Shown: piece after piece, positions 18,935 to 28,580 of the stretch
How the letters are laid out: each line of letters begins with the position of its first letter
Position numbering within the stretch: position 1 is the first letter of the stretch
DNA from: Patescibacteria group bacterium
GTDB lineage: Bacteria; Patescibacteriota; Minisyncoccia; Phycocordibacterales; CAIRYW01
DNA: 64,000 bases
Direction: 5' to 3'
NCBI GenBank assembly: GCA_040389185.1
Contig: JAZKAJ010000006.1
Span: 2,914 to 66,913, forward strand
Program-made: the position numbers and the translations under genes
The notes under the pieces: generated by a model
The model's database searches: none
What the model was told of the DNA's origin: nothing
What the model saw: the letters and a program-made list of their open reading frames with translations, nothing else

Positions 18935-20047
18935 TTACTCCCTATTTTTATTTGCCCTTCGAGTCATAATTCCCTGCCAAGATTTGAGATAGTCTTTCAA
19001 AGTTTCATCAAGTGATAGCAATTTGTTACAGATCTTATTATTATTTTCTTTCACTATTTTTCGAAAATTCTTGTTCTTGATCATTTCTATCATTGCATTT
19101 ACTAAAGCATCTTTATTGTTTACGGGGATCACGAGTCCATTTTCTTTATCACCGATCACTTCGTGAGCACATCCAACATCAGTCATAATAACTGGCAAGC
19201 CAAAGCACGCAGCCACGATCGGTGCTAGTCCGTACCCTTCTGCATTCGAGGTCAAAAGAAAACAATCAGATCGAGCGAAAAAGAGTGTTACATCACTCAC
19301 AAATCCTTCAAATAAAACCGAATCTTCAAGTCCTAATCGCTCAACCAACGAAACAAGATTATTTTTTTCAATTCCCTCACCCAGAATCATTAATTTTGTA
19401 TTAGGATATGATTGAAGAACTTCTTTCATTGCTTCAATTTGAAGAGGTATATTCTTGATCGGTACAAGCCTGCTTGCTGTCACAAAAGTTAAATCCTCAT
19501 CTTGTTCTAACCGAGCTGCAGCTGCAACGGCTTTTGCCTTTGTTTCAGCACAATCAACAAAAATTGGAACAACTGTAATAACCTCTTCTTTAATATTAAA
19601 ATTCTTTATGAGGTCTTTTTTTAGCCTATTACTTACCGCTCGAATACCGTCCGCTCTTTTGAGTACAAATCGCGCAATTGCTTTTCGTACTGGATTTAAT
19701 TTTTCAAAGCCGTGTACCTGAATCTCAAGACCCAAAGAATTTCGTCTGGAGAGATAAAGTGCAAGAAGTCCTAAAAAGTAAGGGTCTCTCGTTGTAATGA
19801 GATCGTATCCATTTTTTTTTATTATTTTTTTTGCAAGACCAAGTATACGAAAAAGGTCAGAGATCTTATTAGTTTTTTTTATGCTGTAGACCATGACTTT
19901 GTCTGTAATAGGTGTCTCAGATGCACAAGGTGCTGGGACAATAATATCGTGTCGGCCCGTTAATTCTCCATAGAGCTTGAATCGCTCGCTAAGTGGCGAA
20001 TTTTTATCGAGAACCGTTGCATCAAGACCTATTGTGAGTATTTTCAT
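18935..20047 (-). CDS. GT4-family glycosyltransferase
   Basis: Glycos_transf_1 signature SNAEGYGLAPIVAACFGLPVIMTDVGCAHEVI. Confidence 0.85.
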   Translation of the reverse strand: MKILTIGLDATVLDKNSPLSERFKLYGELTGRHDIIVPAPCASETPITDKVMVYSIKKTNKISDLFRILGLAKKIIKKNGYDLITTRDPYFLGLLALYLSRRNSLGLEIQVHGFEKLNPVRKAIARFVLKRADGIRAVSNRLKKDLIKNFNIKEEVITVVPIFVDCAETKAKAVAAAARLEQDEDLTFVTASRLVPIKNIPLQIEAMKEVLQSYPNTKLMILGEGIEKNNLVSLVERLGLEDSVLFEGFVSDVTLFFARSDCFLLTSNAEGYGLAPIVAACFGLPVIMTDVGCAHEVIGDKENGLVIPVNNKDALVNAMIEMIKNKNFRKIVKENNNKICNKLLSLDETLKDYLKSWQGIMTRRANKNRE

Positions 20048-21135
20048 AGCACTTTCTTTAACTCAATAATAGTATTTTCAAAGGAAAACTTCTTTGATCG
20101 AAGTATCGCATTTGCCGATAGTCGTTCCATCATCGCCCTATCGCTTCGAAGCTTATTTATGAGAGGTATCATGCCATAAGGTTCGGTACTCTTAAACAAA
20201 AGTCCCGATACACCGTCTTCAACTATTTCCTTCAGACTTCCAGAATCTGCCGATACGATCACACATCCCAAAGCCATAGCTTCCACCACCTGAAAAGAGA
20301 AGCTCTCAAATCCAGAATTTAAGACAAAAATATCTGATTCAGACATGAGGGATAGAAGCTTTTCGCGTGGAAGTCGCCCTGTGATATTTACAGCATGCTC
20401 AAGTCCGAGTTTCCCTGAGAGATCTTCTAATTCATTTTTGCATGGGCCGTCACCGACGATAATAAGCTTCGCGTTTAAAATATTCTTTCTGACCTCGGCA
20501 AATGCATTTATAAGTTCGCCAAATCCTTTCCATGGAACAAGCCTTCCTGCACTGATTAAAACAAAATCATTGTTTGAGTTATTTTTTTTTCTTTCTATAT
20601 TTATTTTCTCGATCCCGTTGTAGATCACGTGTAGTCTTTCTTCTTTAACTCCCCATTTAGACACTACGGTCTTAAAGTAATGACTCGGCACTATCACAAT
20701 ATCCGAATACTTTGCAACAAAAAATTGTACTCTTCTTATGAATCCGAGCATTCCACCAGATTTAGTATCTTGAAAATGATCAATATCTTCTTTGACACCA
20801 AATCGCTGAACTCCTTGCTCCCAGGCATAATCCCCAGGCACGCGAAGTATCATTTTCTTTCGAAGAATCTTTGAGACCATGAGTGCAGGCAAACCAACGC
20901 TTACTGTATCCTGAATAAACAAAACATCAACACCAAATCCTAATAAAAAAAGTTTAGTAAAATAAATAGAGTGTCTCAATACTTTTGGATACTTTCTGAC
21001 AACATCAAAAGAGAGCACTTTTACATCGAAGCCTTCTTGCGGGAGCAGATCATTTAGAAGTTTGGCATAGGTAGCAGGCCCTCCAATTGAAGGCGGGTAA
21101 ATTCCTGTAGCGATGAGAATTCTTTTAGTAGTCAT
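20044..21135 (-). CDS. GT4-family glycosyltransferase
   Basis: N-terminal IATGIYPPSIGGPATYAKLL and C-terminal glycos_transf_1 VEAMALGCVIVSADSGSLKEIV. Confidence 0.85.
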   Translation of the reverse strand: MTTKRILIATGIYPPSIGGPATYAKLLNDLLPQEGFDVKVLSFDVVRKYPKVLRHSIYFTKLFLLGFGVDVLFIQDTVSVGLPALMVSKILRKKMILRVPGDYAWEQGVQRFGVKEDIDHFQDTKSGGMLGFIRRVQFFVAKYSDIVIVPSHYFKTVVSKWGVKEERLHVIYNGIEKINIERKKNNSNNDFVLISAGRLVPWKGFGELINAFAEVRKNILNAKLIIVGDGPCKNELEDLSGKLGLEHAVNITGRLPREKLLSLMSESDIFVLNSGFESFSFQVVEAMALGCVIVSADSGSLKEIVEDGVSGLLFKSTEPYGMIPLINKLRSDRAMMERLSANAILRSKKFSFENTIIELKKVL

Positions 21136-21137
21136 AA

Positions 21138-21170
21138 AGTCAAAAGTCTTAAAGTCTTAAAGTCGAAAGT
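21138..21170. repeat. left inverted repeat flanking the four-helix-bundle gene
   Basis: agtcaaaagtcttaaagtc[ttaaagtc]gaaagt is the reverse complement of 21536..21560, with an 8-nt internal duplication. Confidence 0.7.
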
Positions 21171-21517
21171 TATCTGATTTTTTTAATAAATCCTTGAATC
21201 ATCCTAGAAATTTCAATTGATGATTCATACATTCGAGTAAACTCAGATTGATTGATATATTTAAATTCTAAAGCCAAATAAAGCATTGATCTAACTTCTC
21301 CACACGAACCCTTTGAAATATAAAGAAATCTTGCAAATTCTTTATCGCCCATTCTTTCGTAGCCTTCGGCAATATTATTCATAATAGAGACAGAGGCAGA
21401 CTGAATCTGATCTCGAAAACGAAAGTCATTCAATTTACCAAATAATTTATAGACCAAAATTGTTAATTCTTTTGCTTTTTGCCAAATTAAAATATCTTCA
21501 AACTTTTCTATTTTCAT
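21170..21517 (-). CDS. four-helix-bundle protein (23S rRNA intervening-sequence protein family)
   Basis: 115 aa. MNNIAEGYERMGDKEFARFLYISKGSCGEVRSMLYLA is the hallmark of the IVS-protein family. Confidence 0.85.
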   Translation of the reverse strand: MKIEKFEDILIWQKAKELTILVYKLFGKLNDFRFRDQIQSASVSIMNNIAEGYERMGDKEFARFLYISKGSCGEVRSMLYLALEFKYINQSEFTRMYESSIEISRMIQGFIKKIR

Positions 21518-21535
21518 ATTTGCATTTTACTTGTG

Positions 21536-21560
21536 ACTTTCGACTTTAAGACTTTTGACT
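21536..21560. repeat. right inverted repeat flanking the four-helix-bundle gene; overlaps the murC stop codon
   Basis: actttcgactttaagacttttgact. Its reverse complement matches the left repeat. Confidence 0.7.
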
Positions 21561-22880
21561 AATAAGTATCTCTGCCAATTCCCCGATCGTTCCCGCTCCC
21601 ATTGTTATCACGACATCATTTTCATTTGTAGTCTCATTTAGTTTTTGGGCAATATCTTTAAATTCTGCAATATAAAAAGCGTTTGGGTTATTTTTCTTGA
21701 TCGTATCGATCATAAGTCCACTTGAAATAGATCCATCAAACTTTTCTCTGGCGGCGTAGATATCTGTGAGATACACAGTATCAAATTTTGACAATACGGC
21801 CGCAAAATCATCAAAATGTTCTTTTGTTCTCGAGTAAAGATGGGGTTCGAAAACAACAGTTAGTTTCTTACCAGGAAATGCCTCTCGAGCACCATTCAGA
21901 GTTGCCATTATTTCATGCGGATGATGTGCATAATCGTCATAAACGAGTGCTTTGGTCCCCATGTTTCCTTTGTACTCAAAACGTCTCCAAGTGCCTCCAA
22001 AGGTCTTTAAAGCCTCTTTCGCATCGTCTAATTTGATACCTAGATACGATGAGACCGCGAGCGCTACAGAAGCATTTTGTTTGTTATGGAGCCCAGGCAC
22101 CTTTAGACCCAAACTTACATCTAGAAACGCGCGCGAATCTATCACTTTTCTATGACATCCCTCAACTGCTCTCTGTGAATTCTCATCGAGCATATCAGCG
22201 ATCACAATTCCATTCTCCGGCAGTTTAGCGATAAATTCCTTAAATGAAGAAATAATATTTTCAATATTTCCATAAAAATCGAGATGGTCTGCGTCAATAT
22301 TTGTAATACAAATGACAGTTGGATTAATATTCAAAAAAGATTTTTTATACTCGCAAGATTCTGCAACCAAATAATCACTTGTTCCTGGAATGTAATTTGT
22401 TTTTTCTACCACTCCATCATGTTCGTATTTCATAAGAGAACCGACAATTACAAATGGAGAGAGTCCGAGCTTAATCATCATGTGAGCAATCATCGCGGTT
22501 GTTGTAGTCTTACCATGTGTTCCACAGATTGCGATTGTTTTCTTACTTTTTGAAACCTCTCCTAACATTGCCGCATAACTTAAAACTGGGAGTCCGAGTT
22601 CTCGAGCTTTTACAAGTTCAATATTATTTTCTGGTGTGGCGAGCGTATAGACTACCGCATCAATATCGGTCGTTATATGTGATTCATGATAGCCTTCAAA
22701 TGTTGGCACACCTGCTTTAACAAGCCCTTCACGATTAGAAAATCCTGTGTCACTTCCCGACACATCTTTACCGTCATGCTTAAAAAGCAGCGCAAGCGCC
22801 GACATCCCAATGCCACCAATGCCAAGAAAGTAGACCTTTTTTATATTACCTATATCCATTTGAGTAATATAATACCACAA
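21546..22880 (-). CDS. murC: UDP-N-acetylmuramate--L-alanine ligase; start possibly Met at 22859 (MDIGNIKKVYF)
   Basis: GIGGIGMSALA, ATP-binding GTHGKTTTTAMIAH, and Mur ligase middle and C-terminal domains (DDYAHHPHEI). Confidence 0.9.
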   Translation of the reverse strand: MWYYITQMDIGNIKKVYFLGIGGIGMSALALLFKHDGKDVSGSDTGFSNREGLVKAGVPTFEGYHESHITTDIDAVVYTLATPENNIELVKARELGLPVLSYAAMLGEVSKSKKTIAICGTHGKTTTTAMIAHMMIKLGLSPFVIVGSLMKYEHDGVVEKTNYIPGTSDYLVAESCEYKKSFLNINPTVICITNIDADHLDFYGNIENIISSFKEFIAKLPENGIVIADMLDENSQRAVEGCHRKVIDSRAFLDVSLGLKVPGLHNKQNASVALAVSSYLGIKLDDAKEALKTFGGTWRRFEYKGNMGTKALVYDDYAHHPHEIMATLNGAREAFPGKKLTVVFEPHLYSRTKEHFDDFAAVLSKFDTVYLTDIYAAREKFDGSISSGLMIDTIKKNNPNAFYIAEFKDIAQKLNETTNENDVVITMGAGTIGELAEILISQKS

Positions 22881-22888
22881 AACTGGAG

Positions 22889-23431
22889 TTAAATAGACCT
22901 GATTTTCTTCACAAATTCTCCAAAACCTTTGATTTGTTTTTCAAGTCTCACCTTTTCTTTTTCTCCTGTGAAATTATCTTTTTCATCAAAAAGATTCACG
23001 ATACTCCCGAGCATTACCTTTTGATTGAAAATATACCCTTCCTTGTAGGTGATAATGTCCTCAAGATGCCCTGACGCACGAATCCCTGACCACATTCCAG
23101 CCGAGACAGATGTAATAGCAAAGCATCTATTCTGAAAGGCTTCAGGAAATGGCAAAAGATCAATAAAAAACTTCAATACTCCTGGTACTCCACCGTTGTA
23201 TTCAGGAGTCACAAAGTGAACTCCATCAGCTTTAAGAATTCTGTCTGCAAAACTTTGTATTGGGAGCGGTCGAGCGTTTATCGAGTCTCCAGAAAACGCC
23301 TCAAGAGGTATATCTTTGAGATCAATGAGTCCCACTTCAATTCCTGCCATCTTATACATTTCAAATATCATCATCCCCACTTTCCTTGAATACGCCCCCG
23401 GTCGTGATGTTCCAATTATTATTTCGATCAT
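22889..23431 (-). CDS. NAD(P)H-dependent FMN reductase-like flavodoxin-fold oxidoreductase
   Basis: IIIGTSRPGAYSRKV...FVTPEYNGGVPGVLKFFID, typical of FMN_red/NADPH-dependent FMN reductases. Confidence 0.7.
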   Translation of the reverse strand: MIEIIIGTSRPGAYSRKVGMMIFEMYKMAGIEVGLIDLKDIPLEAFSGDSINARPLPIQSFADRILKADGVHFVTPEYNGGVPGVLKFFIDLLPFPEAFQNRCFAITSVSAGMWSGIRASGHLEDIITYKEGYIFNQKVMLGSIVNLFDEKDNFTGEKEKVRLEKQIKGFGEFVKKIRSI

Positions 23432-23484
23432 TTTTGATTAGATTTATGATTAAAGATTTATGATTTATGAATAAAACAAAAATC

Positions 23485-23991
23485 CTATTTGATAAATTGA
23501 TAATGTAATCTTACAATTCCTTCAGTTAATTTTTTGACTTCAATTAAATCTAATCTTGAATGGATATCAATATCTCCAAACAATTTTATACCTTTTCCAA
23601 ATACCTGAGGCTCAATATCAATATACACTTCATCTATCAAATTCTGTTCCAAAAATGCAGTATTCAAAGTAGAGCCTCCACCAATAACCATTTCACTCAT
23701 TCCTTTATTGCCACAAATCTCTACAGCTTCTTTTGGTGATGAAACAAAAACAGTATTTTGAGTATTGTCTAATGGAGTTTTTGTAACAACAATAGTAAAT
23801 GGATTCTCGAGTTTCTCAAATTCATTCACCTCTTTCATCATTTCATAAGTAGTTCGTCCCAGTACAATATTTTTTCTTTCTTTTATGAAATCATAATATC
23901 CCTTCCATACAGTATCTGACCAAGGAGCTTCGTTATTTTCCTTAGCAATGTAGCCATTGAGTGTCATCGCCATAAATAATATTACTTTCAT
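23485..23991 (-). CDS. dihydrofolate-reductase-family (RibD C-terminal domain-like) protein
   Basis: MAMTLNGYIA...VLGRTTYE...MVIGGGSTLNTAFLEQNLIDEVYIDIEP pattern of DHFR-like/RibD_C proteins. Confidence 0.75.
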   Translation of the reverse strand: MKVILFMAMTLNGYIAKENNEAPWSDTVWKGYYDFIKERKNIVLGRTTYEMMKEVNEFEKLENPFTIVVTKTPLDNTQNTVFVSSPKEAVEICGNKGMSEMVIGGGSTLNTAFLEQNLIDEVYIDIEPQVFGKGIKLFGDIDIHSRLDLIEVKKLTEGIVRLHYQFIK

Positions 23992-23992
23992 A

Positions 23993-25348
23993 TTATTTTA
24001 TTTCGTTAATTATTTTCATAAATTCATCATTTCTCACGTATTCATTTTTAAATAATCCAAAGGAAGCAAATGCGGGGCTGAAGAGGATTACATCGCCTGG
24101 TCGCGCTTCCTGCATAGCTTTTGTGATTGCTTCAAACAGGTTCTGCACAGGTACGACTGGAGCTGTTAACTGTAAGCTGTTAGCAGTTAGCTTTTCTGAT
24201 CCGGAGCCTGGGAGAAGGATGACAGTTTTGCAAGTTTTGTTTATTTTTTCCACAAGCTCATCTAATTCTAGTCCTTTGTCGCTTCCGCCCGCAATAAGAA
24301 TTATATTTCGGATTTCGGATTTCGGATTTAGTGCTTCCAAAGCGACTTCGGTCGCCTTTGGTGTTGTGGCATTATTATCATTATAAATTTTGACGCCATT
24401 TATTTCTTTTACAAACTGAAGTCTCCCTTCTACCCCATCAAACGTCTCTACCCCTTTTTTTATATCTTCAACACCAATTCCAAGTGCCCGGCAAGCTTCG
24501 ATAGCACAAGCAATATTTGAAATATTATGTTCTCCAATTATTTTTGGTTTCCAATCAGTTGGTACTTCCGACTTTCGTGCAATCACCATTTCCCCTTCGC
24601 CATGAGGTTTTGAAGCAATAACATTTGATATTGTTTCCCCGGCCACTAGAGTATCACCATGCTTTTGGTATAAATAAATATTTGCTTTGTCTGCAAAATA
24701 TCTTTCATGTCCTGACATCTCAGCGGTCGATTTGTAGTAGTTGGTATGGTCGTGCATAAATGCAGTAAAGACCGCAATATTTGGAGAGATCTTTGCATCT
24801 CCAAATCCCTGAAGCTGCCAGCTATCGAGCTCAAGTACGACGATTTCATCACCTATTATATCTTTAATGAATGGAAGGGTTGCCATATCACGAACATTTC
24901 CTCCAAGAATTGTTTTTTTACCGACACCTTTTAAAATATGATTGATGAGATGAGTTACAGTTGATTTGCCACGAGTTCCTGTCACTCCTACAATTACAAC
25001 TTCTTTTGGAAGAAGCTTACAAAAGAGTGATGAATCCATTTCGATCTGAATATTATTCTTTCTTGCTTCTTCTATATATATTGAATCGAGTGGCACTCCT
25101 GCACCTTTTAAAATAAAATCCCTATTATTGAAATCTTCAATAATATGCCCTCCAAGATGAAGCACAATGTTAGAATATCCTCTGAGCTTTTCTACAGAAG
25201 TCGTAAGCTCTTCTTCAGTCTTAAGATCCGTCACAATAAGTTCTGCTCCACATTCAGCTAAGAAAATAGCGTCTCCAAGTCCACGACCTAAGAGCCCTAG
25301 TCCTAATTGAGTTATTTTTTTACCTTTGAAATAGTCTTTATAATTCAT
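23993..25348 (-). CDS. murD: UDP-N-acetylmuramoylalanine--D-glutamate ligase
   Basis: LGLGLLGRG N-terminal Rossmann region, P-loop GVTGTRGKSTVTHL and Mur ligase C-terminal domain. Confidence 0.9.
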   Translation of the reverse strand: MNYKDYFKGKKITQLGLGLLGRGLGDAIFLAECGAELIVTDLKTEEELTTSVEKLRGYSNIVLHLGGHIIEDFNNRDFILKGAGVPLDSIYIEEARKNNIQIEMDSSLFCKLLPKEVVIVGVTGTRGKSTVTHLINHILKGVGKKTILGGNVRDMATLPFIKDIIGDEIVVLELDSWQLQGFGDAKISPNIAVFTAFMHDHTNYYKSTAEMSGHERYFADKANIYLYQKHGDTLVAGETISNVIASKPHGEGEMVIARKSEVPTDWKPKIIGEHNISNIACAIEACRALGIGVEDIKKGVETFDGVEGRLQFVKEINGVKIYNDNNATTPKATEVALEALNPKSEIRNIILIAGGSDKGLELDELVEKINKTCKTVILLPGSGSEKLTANSLQLTAPVVPVQNLFEAITKAMQEARPGDVILFSPAFASFGLFKNEYVRNDEFMKIINEIK

Positions 25349-25351
25349 GAT

Positions 25352-26587
25352 TTAAATATTATTAAAAATTTTCTTCATTTCTTCTGCAATCATAGGCCAA
25401 TCATATTTCTCTTTGACCATTTCAAATGACTGTCGTTTTATTTTTGACACAAGCTCTGGATTCCGAACAAGCTCAAGTACAGCAGAGGCAACACTTTGTG
25501 GATCACGGACATTTGCAAATATTCCCGTCTCACGATCACGAAGGAAATCAAGAATCCCTCCGACAGGAGTTGTGACACATGGAAGTCCACAAGCCATTGC
25601 TTCGACAAAAGAATTACCAAACCCTTCTGAGATAGGTACACGAATGAATATGTCAGAAGCTTTGAGATACTTTGGCATATCATTATGTGTTAGCCAGCCT
25701 AAGAATTGAATTCTATTCTCTACCCTAAGCATTACAGAGAGCTTTCGGATCGAATCTTCAAGATATCCTCTTCCTCCGATAATGAGTTTAATATTCTCTG
25801 GCAAAAGAGGCATCGCTTTGACGATATCTTCAACGGCGTTCTTTGTGACGAGGCGTGATGTAGTGATGAGAAATATATCTCCCCGCCTGCCGTCGCCTGC
25901 TGGCTCGGTCGATGGCGGGCAGGCTTCTTTTTTATTTAGTTTATTTTTTACTTCATTAATCTCACTTTCAGAATATTCTCGTGTGAAATGTTTGATATCA
26001 ACTGCATTTGGCACGACAACCACAGGACACCTTGCACCCATATCAACTCCAAAGTCCGCAAGATATTTTGAAATAGCTTGGATTGTATCCGCATGAGTAA
26101 ATATCATCTTAAACAAAGGCCAAAGCGGTCTAGCGCGTCGTTTAATAAATGGAATTGGATCACCTTCTTGAAGTGTGAGGAGGAATTTTATTTTAGGATT
26201 TAAGAGTTTAAAAAAGAGTGCAGCAAAAGAATTGTATGTCGCCATCATACTCCATACTACATCATATTTATGTTTTCTTTGGAGTTTCATCGCTTGCCAG
26301 AACCCTGTCACAAGCATCGCATATTTATTGAGATGGAGCGATTTTGGAAGTGAATCTGGAGACACATTGTCATCACTCGTCCACCCTACTCGATATACAG
26401 TCACATTACCTATTCTCTCTACCTTTGGGAGATGTGAATCGAGGTGAAGAGTTACCATATCAAACTCAAAATCCCGCCCTAGACGATCGGTTATTTCTTT
26501 GATTGCCACCTCTGCTCCACCTATAAAATTTGGGTAATAAACAAGAGAAAATATAAGTATTCGCTTCTTATTATGCTGAGTGTCCAT
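25352..26587 (-). CDS. GT4-family glycosyltransferase with a GC-rich internal insertion
   Basis: Glycos_transf_1 signature ISEGFGNSFVEAMACGLPCVTTPVGG. The GC-rich imperfect palindrome at 25886..25932 encodes PPSTEPAGDGRRGD. Confidence 0.8.
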   Translation of the reverse strand: MDTQHNKKRILIFSLVYYPNFIGGAEVAIKEITDRLGRDFEFDMVTLHLDSHLPKVERIGNVTVYRVGWTSDDNVSPDSLPKSLHLNKYAMLVTGFWQAMKLQRKHKYDVVWSMMATYNSFAALFFKLLNPKIKFLLTLQEGDPIPFIKRRARPLWPLFKMIFTHADTIQAISKYLADFGVDMGARCPVVVVPNAVDIKHFTREYSESEINEVKNKLNKKEACPPSTEPAGDGRRGDIFLITTSRLVTKNAVEDIVKAMPLLPENIKLIIGGRGYLEDSIRKLSVMLRVENRIQFLGWLTHNDMPKYLKASDIFIRVPISEGFGNSFVEAMACGLPCVTTPVGGILDFLRDRETGIFANVRDPQSVASAVLELVRNPELVSKIKRQSFEMVKEKYDWPMIAEEMKKIFNNI

Positions 26588-26622
26588 TCGAAGATTATCT
26601 CATAAAATGGCCTAATTTGAAA

Positions 26623-26754
26623 TTAGAGTATTTCGGAGATTTCGTATTCATCTGCATCATTTTGGGCCTCAATTTTAGAGCCTTTATTTATATTTAAAAA
26701 AGCCACGGCTCCCACTCCTCCTACGATAATTATAAGAATGAGAAGGAAAATCAT
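26623..26754 (-). CDS. hypothetical small membrane protein (43 aa); below the ORF-track cutoff
   Basis: Manual translation gives MIFLLILIIIVGGVGAVAFLNINKGSKIEAQNDADEYEISEIL, with one TM helix. It fills an otherwise empty 184-nt gap. No other support. Confidence 0.3.
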   Translation of the reverse strand: MIFLLILIIIVGGVGAVAFLNINKGSKIEAQNDADEYEISEIL

Positions 26755-26771
26755 AGCTAAACTAGAAGTTA

Positions 26772-28541
26772 TTATTGAATTTCAAGAATTCTCTTCAAAA
26801 TATCTTCTGGCACTTCCTTTTTTTCTTCCTGCTTTATTTCGGGTTTGATAGGTTCTTTTCTTTCTGGAGCTTTTTCTTGTACTGGAGAATGTCGCACTTC
26901 AACTGATCTAGGTTCACTTTTTGGGGCACTTTCAATATCATCTGATGATACAACAGATGCAAGAGCACTTCTGAGTTCTGCTAAATGTTCTTCAGAAGGT
27001 AATTTCTTTTCTTTAGGTTTTTGATTGGTTTGCCTGAGATAGCTAAGCGACACTGCTTTTCGAAGATCTCGCTCCCTATCATATGCCGGATCTCTTTTTT
27101 GTTCAGTGGGTTGTGAAGATGGTTGTACTGGTTTTGGTGCCGGAGCTTTGCCTAATACTGCTGCAAGCGCTTGATCTATTGGACTTGGTCGAGAACCAAA
27201 TTTTTTGTTACGATCGTCTCTTCGATTTTCTGAGGCAGAGATCTGAGCTTCTTCGTGCCAAGCTTTGATCTCATTTTCAACATCAGCACGAGGACGAGCA
27301 AATGTTTTTCGTGATTCAGCAATTATTTCTTCACGCATATTGTGCTCTGGCTTTGCGAGCGGAGGAAGTGTTGTAGCAGAGAAAGGTCGTGATGATACAC
27401 CATCGATCATAAGCTTTAGATAAATCTGTGCAAATCCAAGAGATACTAAGTCTTGCGCTGTAAAATAAGGTCCATACTCTTTTTCTAGAAATTCAGCATC
27501 AAAAGCACCGACTCGAAACGTAATCATTGTTCCGACGTTACCAAATACCGCAGCACGTACCTCTTCAGTCATCTGTTCGATATATTGATGTGCTACAGTC
27601 AGGTTCAATTTATATTTTCGAGCTTCAGAAAGAATATCTGCAAAAGATTCATTGGCAAAGTTCTGGAACTCATCTACATAAAGATAAAAGTTTGGAAGTG
27701 CATCAAGTTCAGCCTCTCTTTTGTCTGCGCGACTCATTGCTGCAAGATAAATCTTGGTGATGAGCATTGCTCCTAAAAGGTTTGCATTCGCTTCTCCCAC
27801 AAGACCTTTGGAAAGGTTCATGATAAGGATTTTCTTCCCGTCCATCATTTCTCGGATATCAAAAGTAGACTTTGGCTGGCCTATAATATTTCGAATCAAT
27901 GGATTAGAAATGAACTGACCAATCTTATTTTGAATTGATGCACCCGCTTCCTGCATATACTTTGGACCATACTTCGCAAACTCGTCCACCCAAAAAGACC
28001 TAACCGACGGATCAGTAATGTGTTCAATCACTTTTTTACGATAGTCTTCATCAGCTAAAATTCTATTTACACCAATCAGTGTTGAATCTGGATACTCGAG
28101 AAGTGCCAAGAGAATATTATTCAAAATATATTCCATTCTAGCGCTCCATGCATCCACCCAGATCTTTTTGAAAGCAGACATGAGTCCGTTTGCAACGAGA
28201 TGTCTCTTGTCAGGCCCTACATCTTCAAGCACATTGAAAGAGATCGGGTTATCGAGATCAAATGGCGCAAAATAAAGAACATCCTTCATTCGCGATTCAG
28301 GAACATATTCCAAAAGAAGATCGGCGGTCTTGCCGTGAGGATCGAGAAATGCCAGACCTCTTCCATCTTGGATATCTTGAACTGCGAGATTTTCGAGTAG
28401 AGTTGATTTACCCATACCAGTCTTACCAATGACGTAGGTATGGCGAGAACGATCTTTAATTTTGATACCAAAACGAAGTTTGCGATTGCGCGCATCTGTT
28501 TCGGCAAAATATACAACTTTGTTAGGATCTTCAGGATTCAT
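26772..28541 (-). CDS. P-loop ATPase of the TraD/VirD4/TrwB (type IV secretion coupling protein-like) / FtsK-HerA superfamily; soluble, with a low-complexity K/E/P-rich C-terminal tail
   Basis: Walker A YVIGKTGMGKSTLLENL, Walker B LYVDEFQNF, and the GxxxFxxxD/AHQ region of T4SS-type ATPases. No N-terminal TM helices. Confidence 0.55.
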   Translation of the reverse strand: MNPEDPNKVVYFAETDARNRKLRFGIKIKDRSRHTYVIGKTGMGKSTLLENLAVQDIQDGRGLAFLDPHGKTADLLLEYVPESRMKDVLYFAPFDLDNPISFNVLEDVGPDKRHLVANGLMSAFKKIWVDAWSARMEYILNNILLALLEYPDSTLIGVNRILADEDYRKKVIEHITDPSVRSFWVDEFAKYGPKYMQEAGASIQNKIGQFISNPLIRNIIGQPKSTFDIREMMDGKKILIMNLSKGLVGEANANLLGAMLITKIYLAAMSRADKREAELDALPNFYLYVDEFQNFANESFADILSEARKYKLNLTVAHQYIEQMTEEVRAAVFGNVGTMITFRVGAFDAEFLEKEYGPYFTAQDLVSLGFAQIYLKLMIDGVSSRPFSATTLPPLAKPEHNMREEIIAESRKTFARPRADVENEIKAWHEEAQISASENRRDDRNKKFGSRPSPIDQALAAVLGKAPAPKPVQPSSQPTEQKRDPAYDRERDLRKAVSLSYLRQTNQKPKEKKLPSEEHLAELRSALASVVSSDDIESAPKSEPRSVEVRHSPVQEKAPERKEPIKPEIKQEEKKEVPEDILKRILEIQ

Positions 28542-28580
28542 ATCATAGATATTATACCCTAAAATTTTGCTAAGATGAAA

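Noticed and set aside
21170-21517. Considered whether the four-helix-bundle gene marks an rRNA operon (these genes often sit in 23S IVS)
   Set aside because: Flanking sequence is protein-coding (murC, GT4) with no rRNA-like conserved segments. Treated instead as a free-standing IVS-like cassette.
24303-24326. Tandem 7-bp repeat (atttcgg x3) and nearby agctgtta repeats inside murD
   Set aside because: In-frame as it stands (encodes KSEIRNI) and within an essential gene. Most likely a chance low-complexity stretch, not a functional phase-variation tract.
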